A program made the translations under genes and the position numbers. DNA of 64,000 nt from Lophium mytilinum. Taxonomy: Eukaryota. This document shows, piece after piece, positions 22,143-35,085 of this stretch (positions are counted from its first letter, which is position 1; each line of letters begins with the position of its first letter). The stretch spans positions 1,123,834 to 1,187,833 of the forward strand of contig MU004189.1 of NCBI GenBank assembly GCA_010093605.1, in the 5' to 3' direction. The notes below the pieces were generated by a model. The model made no database searches and had not been told where the DNA came from. It saw only the letters and a list, made by a program, of their open reading frames with translations.

Positions 22143-23558
22143 ATGGCGTCGCACGAGGATAGGTCTCCTAGGGGCGTCGTGCTATTCGATGAAGCGACAT
22201 CTTCGAACCAGATCCTTTTGAATTTAGAGCATGTACTTCCCGAAGAGCTGCTCATACTCATCATGTCGTCTCTCGACAAAAAAACTCTTCTCTCGGCGGC
22301 TCGGGTGTCGAAACGGTTCGGGCGCATTGCACAGGAACCGCTTTTCCACACCGTCGACTTGCACTTCGGCCTTCAATACATCATTCCTAAGGCTAGGCAG
22401 CTAATGCGCACTCTTGCATACCGAGAAGATCTACGAGACAAAGTCAAACATCTGTCCTTCCGCATTGGCAACGTCTGGATGAACTATCAGAGAGGGAATC
22501 ACTTGCTTCCCCGAGATGCTGTTTCAATGATAGTAGACATCGTGGAAAACTTAGGGTGGCCAGTAGATGATTACGGTATCGAACACATCCTCAAAGGCTC
22601 AAAGAGAGCTCTTGGCCCTCTATTGGCTCTTCTTCCCTCACTGGAGTCATTGAGCATTCGGAGTGAGCGTATCGATCAATCAACTGTCTATGACATTCTC
22701 TTTGGCAGTCTCCAGGCTGCCCCGGACCAGATTCCAGCATTCTCAAACCTCCAGGCTCTACTCATACACCAAAATTATGGCCTTACCTCTATTATACCAT
22801 CTTCAAATAACGAGGCAAACTTGATCTTGAGTATTCCAAATCTGACTCGGCTAGATCTCTCGTGCATCGGCTTCATGGAGCTCGCCAACATCGCTAATAC
22901 CGTTCCAACAAAGATCTCAAATATTAAACATCTATCCATTCAGACCGAAAAATTAGTTAATCTGGAAGGGATCCGTCTCTTGGGCAAGCTCCTTGCCCAC
23001 ATCGGCCCACTAGAAACCTTCACGTTCAACGATTGCATGGACACCCAGTCAGACTGTGCAAGCTCCGTGTGGTATTCAAAGTTGACAGAGCAGCTTGACG
23101 CCTCCCACGAAAGTCTTGAGAGACTGACTATAAAAATACACAATCGGATGGATGGCTGGATTCCTTTCAAAGTTTACCCCATCACCAGCCTCGATCACTT
23201 CACACGCCTACGAAATCTGGATATCAATGCGGTTGCACTCGTTGGCAATCCTATCAGAAAGAGGGTCATGGTTTTGAACTGGCATTCGGATAGTGGAGTC
23301 GCGATGAAGACGGCTGGATATGGCCTGCTGGAGAAGCTCCCATCCTCATTGGAGACGTTGGTGGTTCGCGGCACGGATTATCAACTGAATACGCTTTGGA
23401 GAGGTATGAAAGATGAAGGAATCATTCAGCGAAGGGACGACGAGCCAACTGGCGTGGAAGGCTGCGTCTACGTGGTCGATGGGCCCCACCCCAAGCTGGC
23501 AAATCTAAGAAGCATTGCTCTTTACGGACCGGGAACCAGCATAATATCCAAATTTTAG
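22143..23558 (+). CDS. F-box/LRR-like protein (family A, copy 3)
   Basis: First in-frame ATG at 22143 (MASHED). LPEELLILIMSSLDKKTLLSAARVSKRF F-box; same downstream blocks as copies 1-2. Confidence 0.9.
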   Translation: MASHEDRSPRGVVLFDEATSSNQILLNLEHVLPEELLILIMSSLDKKTLLSAARVSKRFGRIAQEPLFHTVDLHFGLQYIIPKARQLMRTLAYREDLRDKVKHLSFRIGNVWMNYQRGNHLLPRDAVSMIVDIVENLGWPVDDYGIEHILKGSKRALGPLLALLPSLESLSIRSERIDQSTVYDILFGSLQAAPDQIPAFSNLQALLIHQNYGLTSIIPSSNNEANLILSIPNLTRLDLSCIGFMELANIANTVPTKISNIKHLSIQTEKLVNLEGIRLLGKLLAHIGPLETFTFNDCMDTQSDCASSVWYSKLTEQLDASHESLERLTIKIHNRMDGWIPFKVYPITSLDHFTRLRNLDINAVALVGNPIRKRVMVLNWHSDSGVAMKTAGYGLLEKLPSSLETLVVRGTDYQLNTLWRGMKDEGIIQRRDDEPTGVEGCVYVVDGPHPKLANLRSIALYGPGTSIISKF

Positions 23559-24552
23559 CTGATTGACTTGATGCGACGGACGAGAGTAGTCTATTACTAT
23601 GGAAATACGGTGAAGGCAACAAGATGTGTTTATGTGGACATGGACTGTTCCTCCTAGGGCCCAGACACGAAATATGATCGTTGGAGAGAGTAGGGGTGGA
23701 TGACGAGAAAGAAACGATTGCCTTTTTGAAGACAGCCTTGAGTCCGAGACAATTCGAGGTAATACCTAAATCCAATACTAGGGGAAGTACCAGTACATAG
23801 TTTCCAGCTGATTGTGCTGCGAGAGTTGCAGGTTCATCGTCTACCTCTTTACTCAAGTAGATATCGGCAATGCTGTGATCGTTGATCAGTGATCCGTCTC
23901 CTGAATTGATTACATTGCGCTGGTTCAAGTTGGGGCTTAGTTAGACTGAAGGAAAGAGATTTACTAACAGAGATAGAGCTACCAATATATGAGACTATGA
24001 CTGCTATAGTAGACATCCCGGTTCTTCATCTTAATGAATAGTTGAGCCTCTTCTAGATCAAGTATATTGGGCCTAAACAAGTGAAGATAGATTGTCCGAC
24101 CGGTAAATAGATTGAGAACTAGTCGGATTACTAGTGTGGCGTTTCTGCCAACTCGCTTACTCAGCACGATACCATATATCTGTCCTTCCGTTGTAGCTAG
24201 CTTCGTCCCTCACTCAAGAACCAATACACTACTTGACCCCTCTATTTCCCGCTGCTACGTGCACCCCACCTTACTGGCCATTTGCACGCCTGACGATCTC
24301 TGAGGGCCTTGTTCTGGACTTCTAATTCGACGCTAGAAGAAGTAACACCACCCTGCATAATTCTCGAGTATTTCGAATATATGCCCGTCATCAAGTGGTC
24401 TAAACAGTAGCTTTACATCTTCAATTAACTCATCGCCTTTTCGTGTACTATACCGGTATCAGATTAGGCGCGATTTTCCTGGATCGATAGTACTGACGTC
24501 TATGGTGAGGCACTTGCTCGAACCGATGCTGACCTTGCTAACTCAGACACAG

Positions 24553-25998
24553 ATGCTCAGCCTGCCAGACACGGACCTCCCAGGGAACCCATCAACTAGC
24601 GTCATGGCCACTACCTCATCCCCAGTCGCCTTGCCGTCGCTTCCGGTCGAATTATTCGACAACATCCTTGACCGGGTGCGAGAGCTCATTGATAAAGATC
24701 TGAGACAGATGATGAAATATAGCTCAAAGCGAAAGCGTGCTAGTAGACAAGAAAAGCAGAAGCGTGTGCGTCTGAGTCGATATCTTCTTCGCCTGGCTTG
24801 CAGAGAAATCAGCAAGAAAACTCGCCGCCATTTTGCTCGCCACTACTTCACGAATTGGAGGTTTGATCTCAACAAGGAGGCAGCGATCGAAGATTTCTAC
24901 ACCATCTCCAAGGATCCCGACTTCTCTGCTACTCTCCGACGGGTTACTGTTGCCATTGAACATATTGAGTGCTGCCACAAGCCTTGCTCTATAATAGACA
25001 CGTATTATAGTGGACAACCATTCTTAAACGGCAAGGACAAGATCTCAATGATTAGCGAGGCTATCTCGCATCTGGATAATCTTCACTGGCTTGGCTTTGA
25101 GGAAGTCCAACTCGACCTTCAATCTATGCTTAGGGGAGATCGCTGGGTGACGGGAGTGTGGAAGGCTGAGAACGCCCATATTCTTCGGGTTGTGGAAGCG
25201 TTTCTTCTTCCAATAATGAGGCAGAAAAACGCCGTATCGACAATCGGCATGCGCATTCTCACCTGTGACGCCCTAGGTCTCGATATAAAGTTCTTCAAGC
25301 AGACTAACTCCTTCCGGTGTTCGTTTGGGGAGCTGCAAAGTCTGACCTTAGCGATTGTCAACCTCGAGGAGGCTGGTACGTACACCCTTCAACACCTGCA
25401 CAAGATCCAGCGCCTAGTCCTTCGGTCGCTGCTTTATGCAAGATAAAAATTATACTCTTTTCCGCTGCACACGGCTAACGCACTAGTCTTAGGGGAAGAA
25501 CTAGAGGAATTGATTTTCGACTTCGTTGTTTTTCTCAACAATGCCCCGAACATTTCTTCGCTCGACCTACGCTCAAACCTCTCCTACCGTAGCGCCGACA
25601 TCATCAAGCATATGAGCACCAACCTCAATCTTCCTAAGCTTAACAGAGTCTACCTTCAGGCTTTCAGATTCCGACCGAAGGAGTTGACATCATTGATACG
25701 ATCTCATCAAGAGTGCCTTACTGTGCTCCACTTCACTGGAAAGGTCTCGGCCATTGAAGGTTCTTGGAAGACGTTTTTAAAGGAGCTTTGGAGTGACCCT
25801 GCGGGCTTACGGATACTGAAGATCAGAGACGCATATGACGACTGCAGAAGGGTCCGCTTCAAAAAGCTTAGCGGCCGAAAGTACAAAGTCCGCACAGCTG
25901 ACGCAGCAGGGGGAGATATGAGCCAAAAAATATCACATATAGTCGGCTCTTTGGTAGTCGGGGACATTGATTCTGCAATGCCAAGCCGTCTTATTTGA
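24553..25998 (+). CDS. F-box-like + LRR-like protein (family B); intron 25376 to 25486 or 25492; start uncertain (24502/24553/24604)
   Basis: LPSLPVELFDNI...LRLACREI..RHFARHYF. GTACGT donor, GCTAAC branch and TAG acceptor(s) join the 314-aa and 162-aa ORFs in frame. Confidence 0.85.
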
Positions 25999-26800
25999 AA
26001 CGGTGACGATACCGAGATTGATAGCGATGAGAGCGAGAGCGGTGAAGGCAGGATCATCGACAGTGAAAGACTTGGACTGAAGCTATTTGGAGGTGGACTG
26101 AGCGGAATCTGCAGAAAAGGCAATCGATTGGATTCAGCTTCTTTTCGGATGGAGTGGAATTGATGCTCCGGATAGTCCTGGCTCTTCGATGGTTTTGTGT
26201 CTTCGTATACATATATGTAGTATCGAAGTCAGGGTGTTAAAGTCAGACGATATGGCTTGACGGTCTCGAAAATTTTCTACGTCGAAAACGATGGAGTACA
26301 GGTGCATCGACAACACAAAGTACTGCTCAAACGTTCGCGTCCAGTTTGACACGCAAGGAAACCTGACAACTTGCAAACGATAGCTTTTCTTCCACATCAT
26401 TCTCATGACATCGTGAGTAAAGTTTGTGAGACGTTGCTGAAATCGGGTTTGATTGCTAGGTTCTAGGTTCTCTATATATTGGTTTGTTGCAATGCGATAT
26501 TTGGAAGCGCGCATAGCTTGTCATCAAAATTTCTCACATCGAGAGTTTGATGTGGAAAGTATGTCCTGAGAATCATCGATAGAAGACAAACGTTTCTCGT
26601 GGTGAACTCTAGGGTACGCCTGGGCTTACGGTCGGGCCGAAAGTGAGGTTCTTCCGGGGTGAACTGTTGAAATCGCTTTGGCCTGACCTCTAGTGTCTTG
26701 ACCTAACAACAATCTTGCAGTGATCCGAGAGCATTGTCGTACCCCTCTAGCATTTGTCCATTTCAGTGCAAAAAGCAAGGTCACCTTTCAAACAGTATCA

Positions 26801-28277
26801 ATGGGCTCTCTAACTTCAACTCAGATCACTACCATCATGGCCTCCGACGTACAGGCTGCCTACGACTCCGTTTCCGCTGTCATGGCAGCTGGATCCAATC
26901 CCCCCACACTCCCGTCGCTTCCAGTTGAGATACTTGATATCATCTACGACCACCATCAAGACATGGTAGAGAAAGACCTGCAAGGATCATGGTACACAAA
27001 TGAGCAGAAGAGATGGCTGAGCCTCAACAAATACACACTACGTCTTGCATGTAAGGAGCTCAACAGCAAAAGCCGACTACATTTCGCACGCCACTATTTC
27101 CGAAGCTGGAGTATCAACGTCGACTCCGAAGAAGAAATTCAAGATCTCGAGGTCATCTCCAACTACCCTGACTTCGCCGCCACTCTTCAGGGTCTGACAA
27201 TCAATGTGTGTTACTTCGACAGAGCACTCATAGATGGATGGGGCCCAACTCCCCTCATTCTGGCCGACCCTGTCTCAATTGCAGCTCGACAGCGTGAATA
27301 CAATTTTTTCGAACAACTTGAGAATAGGACACGGATTTCTCAGATTGTTAGCCGTCTTTCGAGCCTAAAGAACGTCACTCTTGCGCACAATGATATCAAC
27401 CGCTATGGCTCGTACATGAGACTCCGTGTTTTATGGGAGGAGGAGAGGTGGCTCAAGCAGAACTCACACATCTTTCGCGTGACCGAGTCTTTCCTCGCTC
27501 CCATGTTTATGACAGATACCACCTCATTAAACCTGGAGGCATGGATGAGCTGGCGCGGGGTGCTTGGTCTCGACATCAAATTCTTTAAGATGGTGAACGG
27601 TCGGTTCAAGGTCTTCAGTGAGTTGCGGTCTCTGGCGATCACGTTGGTAAACTTTGATGCTGGTAAGTCTTTCTAATGCCAGCTTAAGCCTGGAGTTGGT
27701 GACATAGTGCTGACAGGTTGCTGCAGGTTGCACCTTGATTGGGTCTATCGCAGGGTTTGTCGAATGTCTGAACAGCGCACCAATGTTGTCTTCTCTCCAT
27801 CTACGATCCAATCTAGAGTACAACAGTCGGCTTCTTGTCAAATCCATGGGCAAAAATCTGATTCTCAAGCGATTGGATAACGTCCGCCTGGATAACTTTC
27901 GTTTAGAGCCCGAAGATGTCCTAGCACTCGTTCGAAACCACCGCACATGTCTTACGACCTTACACTTCAAACATACAACCTCAATGGTGGATGGTTCATG
28001 GAAAGGGTTTCTTGAGAATCTAAGATCTGATCCTGCTGGACTGAGGGCATTCGGCTTCGAAGAGGCTTACGATGACTGCAAGATTGTATCCTTCAGTGTT
28101 CCGAGTGGATGGAGGCCATTCTCAGCCACGATTGAGGAAGGAGAAGACATGAAGGAGCGACTCTCACAGATGATCAGCTGGCTAGGGGTACAGGATAAAG
28201 ATGATCCTAGAATGCCGGGAGCGTGTCTAGACGGACTGGTGGGACTTGACTTCCCGGGCTATTGGGAGTTAGTATAG
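26801..28277 (+). CDS. F-box-like + LRR-like protein (family B), tandem paralog of the previous gene; intron 27663-27726
   Basis: LPSLPVEILDII...LRLACKEL..HFARHYF; LGLDIKFFK, GSWK.FL..L.SDPAGLR, AYDDC shared with 24553-25998. GTAAGT..GCTGAC..CAG intron is in frame. Confidence 0.87.
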
Positions 28278-28778
28278 TAGGTCATAAGTCTAGCCATATT
28301 GGGTTTTCGCTTCTCGGGCACAGTTTTGCGGTTCTGACGGTTCGGCAAGGAAGAACTTACCTACCTAGTAAGTAGCCATGTAGGATAGGCTAAGTCTCAA
28401 TACATTGTTCTTCCTTTCACTTTTGTATTTTATGGGTCTAAGCGCATGGATATGCCACTGTGGGGCTTCAATATTTGGAACTTGATCCCGCTGTAAAGGG
28501 CCTTCGGTAGCTAGACAGAAAGCGGACTGATTTCTGTTATGTCAAAGTCGTGTAGCCTGCGATGTCACCGTGTAGTTAGGAAGATTCACGAGGTGAAACA
28601 AGAGCGTGACACGTGTTGCCACCCGGGCACCATGCACGGAGCTTTCACTAATGTGAAGGTGACACTAAGGCCTATATGCCACCCATAAAGATTCTCCTCA
28701 AGTCTCCGACCACTCGTGCCCACAACCCACAGCCTACACACCACACACCATTTTCACGTCAACCAATCAAGTTGCAAG

Positions 28779-29902
28779 ATGCCACTATCACTATCTGGTT
28801 CACTCGAGGCGCCAAGGGAAGATTTCAATAGGCAACCTGCAAACACGAACTCAGTTCAAGTACTTGCGTCCGAGATCGACCCATTTCCACTCCTTATTAC
28901 AGAGGTATTCAAGGATGACCCGCCAGAGCTTCCGCGAAGGTATGTTTTTACCATCTAGCCTTGATTCATAGCCACTGGAGAAACTGCTAAGATACACCTA
29001 GTGAGATTAAAGCAATCTTCATCTATCGTCACGCGACCACGGTCATCCAGCAATTGCCCCCCGAACTTCGAATGGAGGTACTCAAGCATATGTTCCGCAA
29101 CCACTGCGATGCCAAGCCGCGCCCTAAAGTTGATAATACCCATGAGCACTGGATCGAGTTTAGGGAACTTGGGGAATTCTATCATTCGCACATCAAGTCC
29201 GAAGTACTACCAGACACATCGCTCGAGGAGACCGATTTCGGTGACTGGCGATGGATTCACCCACGGTACACTGGCCTGCTTGCCGCCGAGGCACTACAAG
29301 CGGTATACGAAACCAATCCGTTTCGGCACAGCGTTGTGGAAGTTGAGCATTGGCTAGTTTCCCCGCGGTGGCATACTATTGATGTTGCTCCTGGCCGCTT
29401 TGTTCGTGATCTTTCAATCCACATCAGCCCGAAGGATTTGGACAAAATATCGCTGAGGGATGTTGCCACACGTCTCACAGAACTCCCGAGACTCAAGCAT
29501 TTGACAATTTATCTGGGGGGAATCAATGGGGGCTGGAAAGTACTGCTCCACAAATTGGAGGATCGCAAGATCTTAGCCGACTATTTACGCAACCCCCTCC
29601 CGATTCAAATACTGAAGCAGCTCAGAGACACGATGGTCTCTAGAAGTGTAGAGGTCTCGGTGTTCATGCTCAGCTTGAGTCACTGGACACACCTAATTTC
29701 TGGCCTCGTTCAAGGTGGACAAGGTCAAGATTACGTCCTGATGGATATTGGGTTCCATCTTGCAGATGAACGACCTCCGCATTCAGACATGCCCGTCAGA
29801 CAGATTGGCTTTACGGCATGGGCAATGCTTCAATTGTTGGGTGGGCATATGACCGAGAATGAGTTCTTGAGAATCGAGGCTTTGCTCGGCTACTGGACGT
29901 AG
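28779..29902 (+). CDS. Protein with partial F-box-like motif; 2 exons, intron 28940-29001
   Basis: GTATGT donor and CTAG acceptor join exon 1 in frame to IQQLPPELRMEVLKHMF; later LAAEALQAVYETNPF and LPRLKHLTIYL. Confidence 0.72.
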
Positions 29903-31429
29903 CAGCTGTCTGTGCCGGGGATCGGTCTAACGATCTTGGCATCAGAGCCTAAATGCTCCACTGAATCAGCATAAATAGTCGGCGCCGTATCCTCGCCAAG
30001 TTCTGGGCAGAGGTTCAAGCGGTAGCTACGAGCGACGATATAAGTTTTTATCCGCAAAAAGAGTACGTAGAGTACTAGTGGGCGCAATCAAAGATTACAG
30101 AAGACTAAGCACTGCATGTGTTGTACTGTTCTCAGTGAAAACTATGCCATTCATAATATAGAAAGACGCTGGTGAGCCTAAGTGACCGTAACGCCTCACT
30201 GCATCACAGGGCATAGTTAGATGACAAGAGAGACTGCTATCCTCCGAGCCTTGAATGAAGTGAGCAAATCTACAAATAGCAGCGCGCGAATCAAATACAC
30301 GGAGCGCCATTTGGACACCCTATGTAGGTAATGTTACTACACCCCCCTGTCGCTTTACCATCTTCGAATCAGCTCGGAAGGGACGGAGCTGTCTTAGGGC
30401 ATATACCTCTATATGTGTCTATACGTGCACCCGCACATATATTCTCCTTAATCTACGCGACCGTACGCGAGGCCGTATATGAGCCTATACGCGGGACGAT
30501 ATAAGAAGCAGTATCTACGACCGTACATAGAGCCATGGCGGGATCTGACTTTTTTCTTGTATCACCCAATACTGTGTACCTAGGAGGATGCTAGATCCAG
30601 TGAAATACAACCTTATGGAGGCTGCTTTCTATTGAGTCTGACCCACCTGCATCTTCCACTCCATCGCCGTCTGTATGGCATCCTTCGCCTGCATCTCACC
30701 TGTGCTCATTCGCCTACTTACTGGATAGGAAGCATCAAGGAGTCAGCCTAGCCGCTAGCGACCCCAGTCATTAGGTAAAAGAGACGAGACGGGGCGTACG
30801 TGTAGTGGAAAGGGGGGGTGTTCAGTAAGAACGAGCGTACGGTTAGCGTTTCCCGAAATCAAGATCCATCCATTGTCATCAATGCATATTCGCGCAATCT
30901 TTACCCCAGTGTCGGAGTCTCCAATCGAATGGGAATTAGCCTATTGCGCATTCAGTAAAGTCGCGGGACGACCTTAAGCAGTAGAACAGGAGTGGACAAA
31001 TACAATAATGCACCATAAGCCCTAGTACGCTTGTGCGCGATTCGTGACTAGACACCTCACAATTTAGGTCTCGGTGAAACTATCAATAATGTGATGTGAA
31101 GAACATCTCGCGCAATCAGTGCCAGGAAGTGAATACCTGGCTTAAAGGGCACTAACGGGCAGCTTTCACCTCAACGCGATCAGCTAGTTAGGTACGCATA
31201 TTTAAGATCGCAGTTCCTGGTTCATTTCCTTCATTCTACTCTCCCACATAGTTCCGCACACCACCACAGCAGCTACCAACGTCACCCCCTTCCAATTTTT
31301 ACCTTCAACAGCTCGCCGCTTCTTCAGCTTGTTGAACAGCATTACGTCTGTTTCTAACTCTTTCATCGTCACTGCAACAACTCATACTGATATCTCCACA
31401 ACGTTCCCAAAGGAGATCATGTTGCTCAA

Positions 31430-32944
31430 GTGGATTGCTCGTCAAACACGGCTCCTGTTGAGGCTCTTGCGTTACCTGGGCTGCCCACTGAGATCATGGA
31501 GATTGTGGTCGAAAAACTTTTCGAAGGCCCACGAAAGACCAAACCGCGATTCAGACATGGAAAGAGGGATCTATGCAATCTTCGCCTAGTCATCCGAGAA
31601 ACGAACCACAAGACTCTTCGGGAATTCGGACGACGCATTTTCAACGGCAAGGATGTAGACTGGAAGTATGGACCTCGCCCGCTGAGCCTCTCGGAACAAA
31701 CACTCAAGCGCTTCGAAAAGAGCTCCGCTCACCCTGTCTTTGGGCCAGCAGTCCGACAACTAAACTTCCGGCTGAACGTGTTTGAGAAAAGGTACGCTGA
31801 AACGCTACAGGGCGAGAACACGATTCCTAGCTCAGCCTTCCAGCCTGTTCTCTCCGACTTCCATCATCTCAATTCAGACGAAACACATGAATTGATGTAT
31901 GGAGCGGTTTCTGTTCTCCAAAACTGCCGCACGGTCAAAATAGATTTCTCGGACGAATACCGTTTCGGGAAGATTGACGCACAGACTGCCTTCAATTGGA
32001 AAACATGGGCCACGGACATCTATACCATGACGAACGTAGTCGCTATGATCCTTCACCCACTTCAACATAAGCAGACCTTGCTCGAGCATCTTTCGGTCGG
32101 GGAGAATGGCGCAAACTGGTGGACGAGCCGCGGAATGTCCATCGGCCTGTTGTACTCCAAGATCTTCAAGAAATACCCTCACAGGTTTTCGACAATGAAG
32201 ACGCTCGAATTAGCTTTATGCTTCACACATCATCCAGTGTATTCCTTCCAAATGGATGAGATATTCCGTAGCGCTGGGAGCACGCTGGAACATCTGGCAT
32301 TGAGGCTCGATCTCTCGGCTGGTAGCCTGAACCTGCTCCATCGTCTAGCTGTAGGTCCCATTTCTCAGCACCTGTCTGTGCTCAAGCTCACCAACTTCTG
32401 GGCCCGAGATATCGACTTGATAAATCTTCTTACTGTCCATGCCGCCACCCTCAAGGACGTAGCACTGAACCGAATCATCCTGGGCTCCGGCGGTCACTGG
32501 GCTACAATTCTGCATATCATCAACACGGGGCCATTTCACCTTCGAAGCCTTGAGTGCACCGCCCTTATCCAGCTCGAGCGTCAAAATGGCCCCATATGCT
32601 ACTACCTCGGCGTCGTGTTCGTTGGTCACCAAGATGTTTTTGACATCGATATCGCAGATTTCTCGAAGACGAATCATCACCCGGATGCGCAGCATGCTCG
32701 ATATCTCGGCAAAGATCTTCTGGCCGACAAGACGTTGAACAAAGGTGACTGGGTTGTTGTGGAAGTTCAAGAGGACACTAGAGGGTTCAAAATTGGGACA
32801 GACTACCAAGATATCCACGCTGAGCTCGAGAGACTGATCCAGAGCATTCAGCTTCACCCGGTTCGGTCGCCGCATTTCGGGGAGGGACACCCAGGTTACT
32901 GCAAGAAGGCCTACCTCCCTTATATCTACCATACTATCATGTAA
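31430..32944 (+). CDS. F-box-like + LRR-like protein (family B, intronless); start codon unclear (GTG at 31430)
   Basis: LPGLPTEIMEIVVEKLF...DLCNLRLV; 504 open codons; clear paralog of 59864-61435 (HP.FGPA, NCRTVK.DF, LEHLS, GPF.L..L.C, DWVVVE). Confidence 0.82.
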   Translation: MDCSSNTAPVEALALPGLPTEIMEIVVEKLFEGPRKTKPRFRHGKRDLCNLRLVIRETNHKTLREFGRRIFNGKDVDWKYGPRPLSLSEQTLKRFEKSSAHPVFGPAVRQLNFRLNVFEKRYAETLQGENTIPSSAFQPVLSDFHHLNSDETHELMYGAVSVLQNCRTVKIDFSDEYRFGKIDAQTAFNWKTWATDIYTMTNVVAMILHPLQHKQTLLEHLSVGENGANWWTSRGMSIGLLYSKIFKKYPHRFSTMKTLELALCFTHHPVYSFQMDEIFRSAGSTLEHLALRLDLSAGSLNLLHRLAVGPISQHLSVLKLTNFWARDIDLINLLTVHAATLKDVALNRIILGSGGHWATILHIINTGPFHLRSLECTALIQLERQNGPICYYLGVVFVGHQDVFDIDIADFSKTNHHPDAQHARYLGKDLLADKTLNKGDWVVVEVQEDTRGFKIGTDYQDIHAELERLIQSIQLHPVRSPHFGEGHPGYCKKAYLPYIYHTIM

Positions 32945-35085
32945 GACTGAGTTGTGAAGGAGTATGAGACGGGCTCATAGGAAGATGTAGCCATGCAGAT
33001 AGGCTTCGATGGGGAATCGGGGATATACTGGGAGCTCTAATTTTCATGAGCTCAAAGTTCACATTCTACTTAGTAACATCGTATTTGAGACTTCTTCGGC
33101 TGATCTCTCATTCGTAGTGAGTGCAATGATGTATCCAAGTGAAGTCAGGAGCTATTACCTCGGGGTACAACAGCCCCTTCTTATCCACCCTGAACTCCCA
33201 CCTCTACGCTCGCGAACTCGCTCGCAACCCCTCCATACCCTCCGTTTCCGTGAAGCAATGGCTTCTACTCAGCTAGGAGCGGCCTGACAACCAGAAGGAG
33301 CCGTACAGCAGCTACACTGTGTCCAGCGCTCCCAACCTTTCCTAGATACTCAATCCAATCAACATCTGCAGATGCACCGTAAGCATATCAACACCCGTGA
33401 CACTCCGCTCCCGTACCCTCAACGCAACAGCGGCAATAAGTATGCAAATCCCGCACAATACCGTTCACATCCTCCCCCCACCTTATCTACATGGCATATA
33501 CCACCTGCTCAAGCCAAAACTCTGCTTCATAATCAACAACGCTGGAAAGGCTGAGCTGCTTGCACTCTTCCTAGGCTGGCACGTCTTGTCTCATTGAGCT
33601 AACGTCAAACTGCTCTGGCATAATAAAACCCCACTTTGCCCCCTATATAACCGCAAATTGCTCAAAAGTACTATCAAGAACACCGTGCATGTCACCTTCT
33701 ACTGGGAGGAAGAGCTGCAACGACCCCGGAAAAACACACGGCAAGGCACAAAATCAAAGGCCTAAGAACGAGTCCGCTGACAAAAGGGAAACAGGAAAAA
33801 GACCTTACAATTGCTTTAAAGATTCATAGGACGCTGTATAGATTAGGATTATCTGGAGATTTATTCTTGATAGTATACCAAAAGTATAGACCTGAAAAAG
33901 CATTAGTGCCTATACAATAAAGACTCTCTACACACTCTAAGACCTAACCTAATACAGCCGCTTTGTGTTATATATTCAATTTTCTATGAGGTAGAAAGAG
34001 TGATTCTACGTAATGCCTTGGCCGCGTTATAGGTTACAGCTGCTTAATAGTAGAAACCCCTGTTAGGCTTGTCAGTAGAAGCTATTAACAAGGTTCATAC
34101 ATAATGTATACCTTGATCCTGCTCTCGTTCTTGCACTCACACAAAACGTCACTTTATTACTCATAGCTGAGGTACGTATATGGAAGGCATATTGTTTCAA
34201 CTTACAGCTTCTATATTAACGCAAGACCGTAGGTACTATACAACCGTAATTATAGACAGACTTAGGCACACCGATATGTTCCATAGGATCTTACGAGGTA
34301 CAGTAAGGTTGAACTGTTGTTATGTCAGCTTGTTAGCCTCGTTGATATTACTCCCGCCCGGGGTATTACAGGCCTCTGAGCCATCGCCACTGGGCTGTCC
34401 GCTCGTGGATGATTCATCTGCGTTTTTGTTCATTGCTGATGCACCCTTGGACTTTCGAGGAGGTCTTCGGTTCGGTTCCATGACATGATAACTTCGGCAC
34501 TGTTCCACTACTATAGCCCGATACACCCACAGCTATCTTCGTGTGCTTCTTAAGGCAGAGGAGCAAAGGATGGGACTGGATCTTTTGATACCAGCGAGCT
34601 TTTCCCTTTTGTGGATGTTTTACGTAATCTTTTTCAGCCTCGTTATCATTAGGTGGTCCCCGATAGCTTCAAAAGTTTACTTCGGGCTGAGACTTCCCGA
34701 GCAACGTACATACGAGGTTCTCCCAATGTTAGATCTTGCGAGAGTTTTCCCCTTCATTTCACGAGAGAGCAATCACAGAGAAAGTAGGCCCAGGTTTTCA
34801 CGAATTCTAGCAGCTCTGACGGCGTCACAACACTTCCACAAGAGCTCGCTTGGTTATTCTAAATATAGTCGATTTAGGTTGCAAAATATTTACTGAAAAT
34901 GCGCTAATATGGTGAAGGTGTAATAACGTTGAATTGATAGATGTCAAATGAAAAAGAAAATGCGTAGACCCTATGTGTGACAAGCTCGTACCTTAATATC
35001 GATTTTGCCCGTGGGTTTCCCTTTGGATACTCAAGACGTGCTGCAATTAACATGGTCGGTCGCGACCTCTCTGTCAAGCTGCCCC

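Noticed and set aside
19691..28766. Shared CCACACACCATTT..CAACCAA leader upstream of the 19785 and 28779 genes
   Set aside because: CA-rich low-complexity 5' leaders occur before many genes here, so chance similarity is likely.
30330..30830. G-runs followed by TGT (PPT + LTR-start-like) on both strands
   Set aside because: No second LTR, TSD or retroelement coding relic found.
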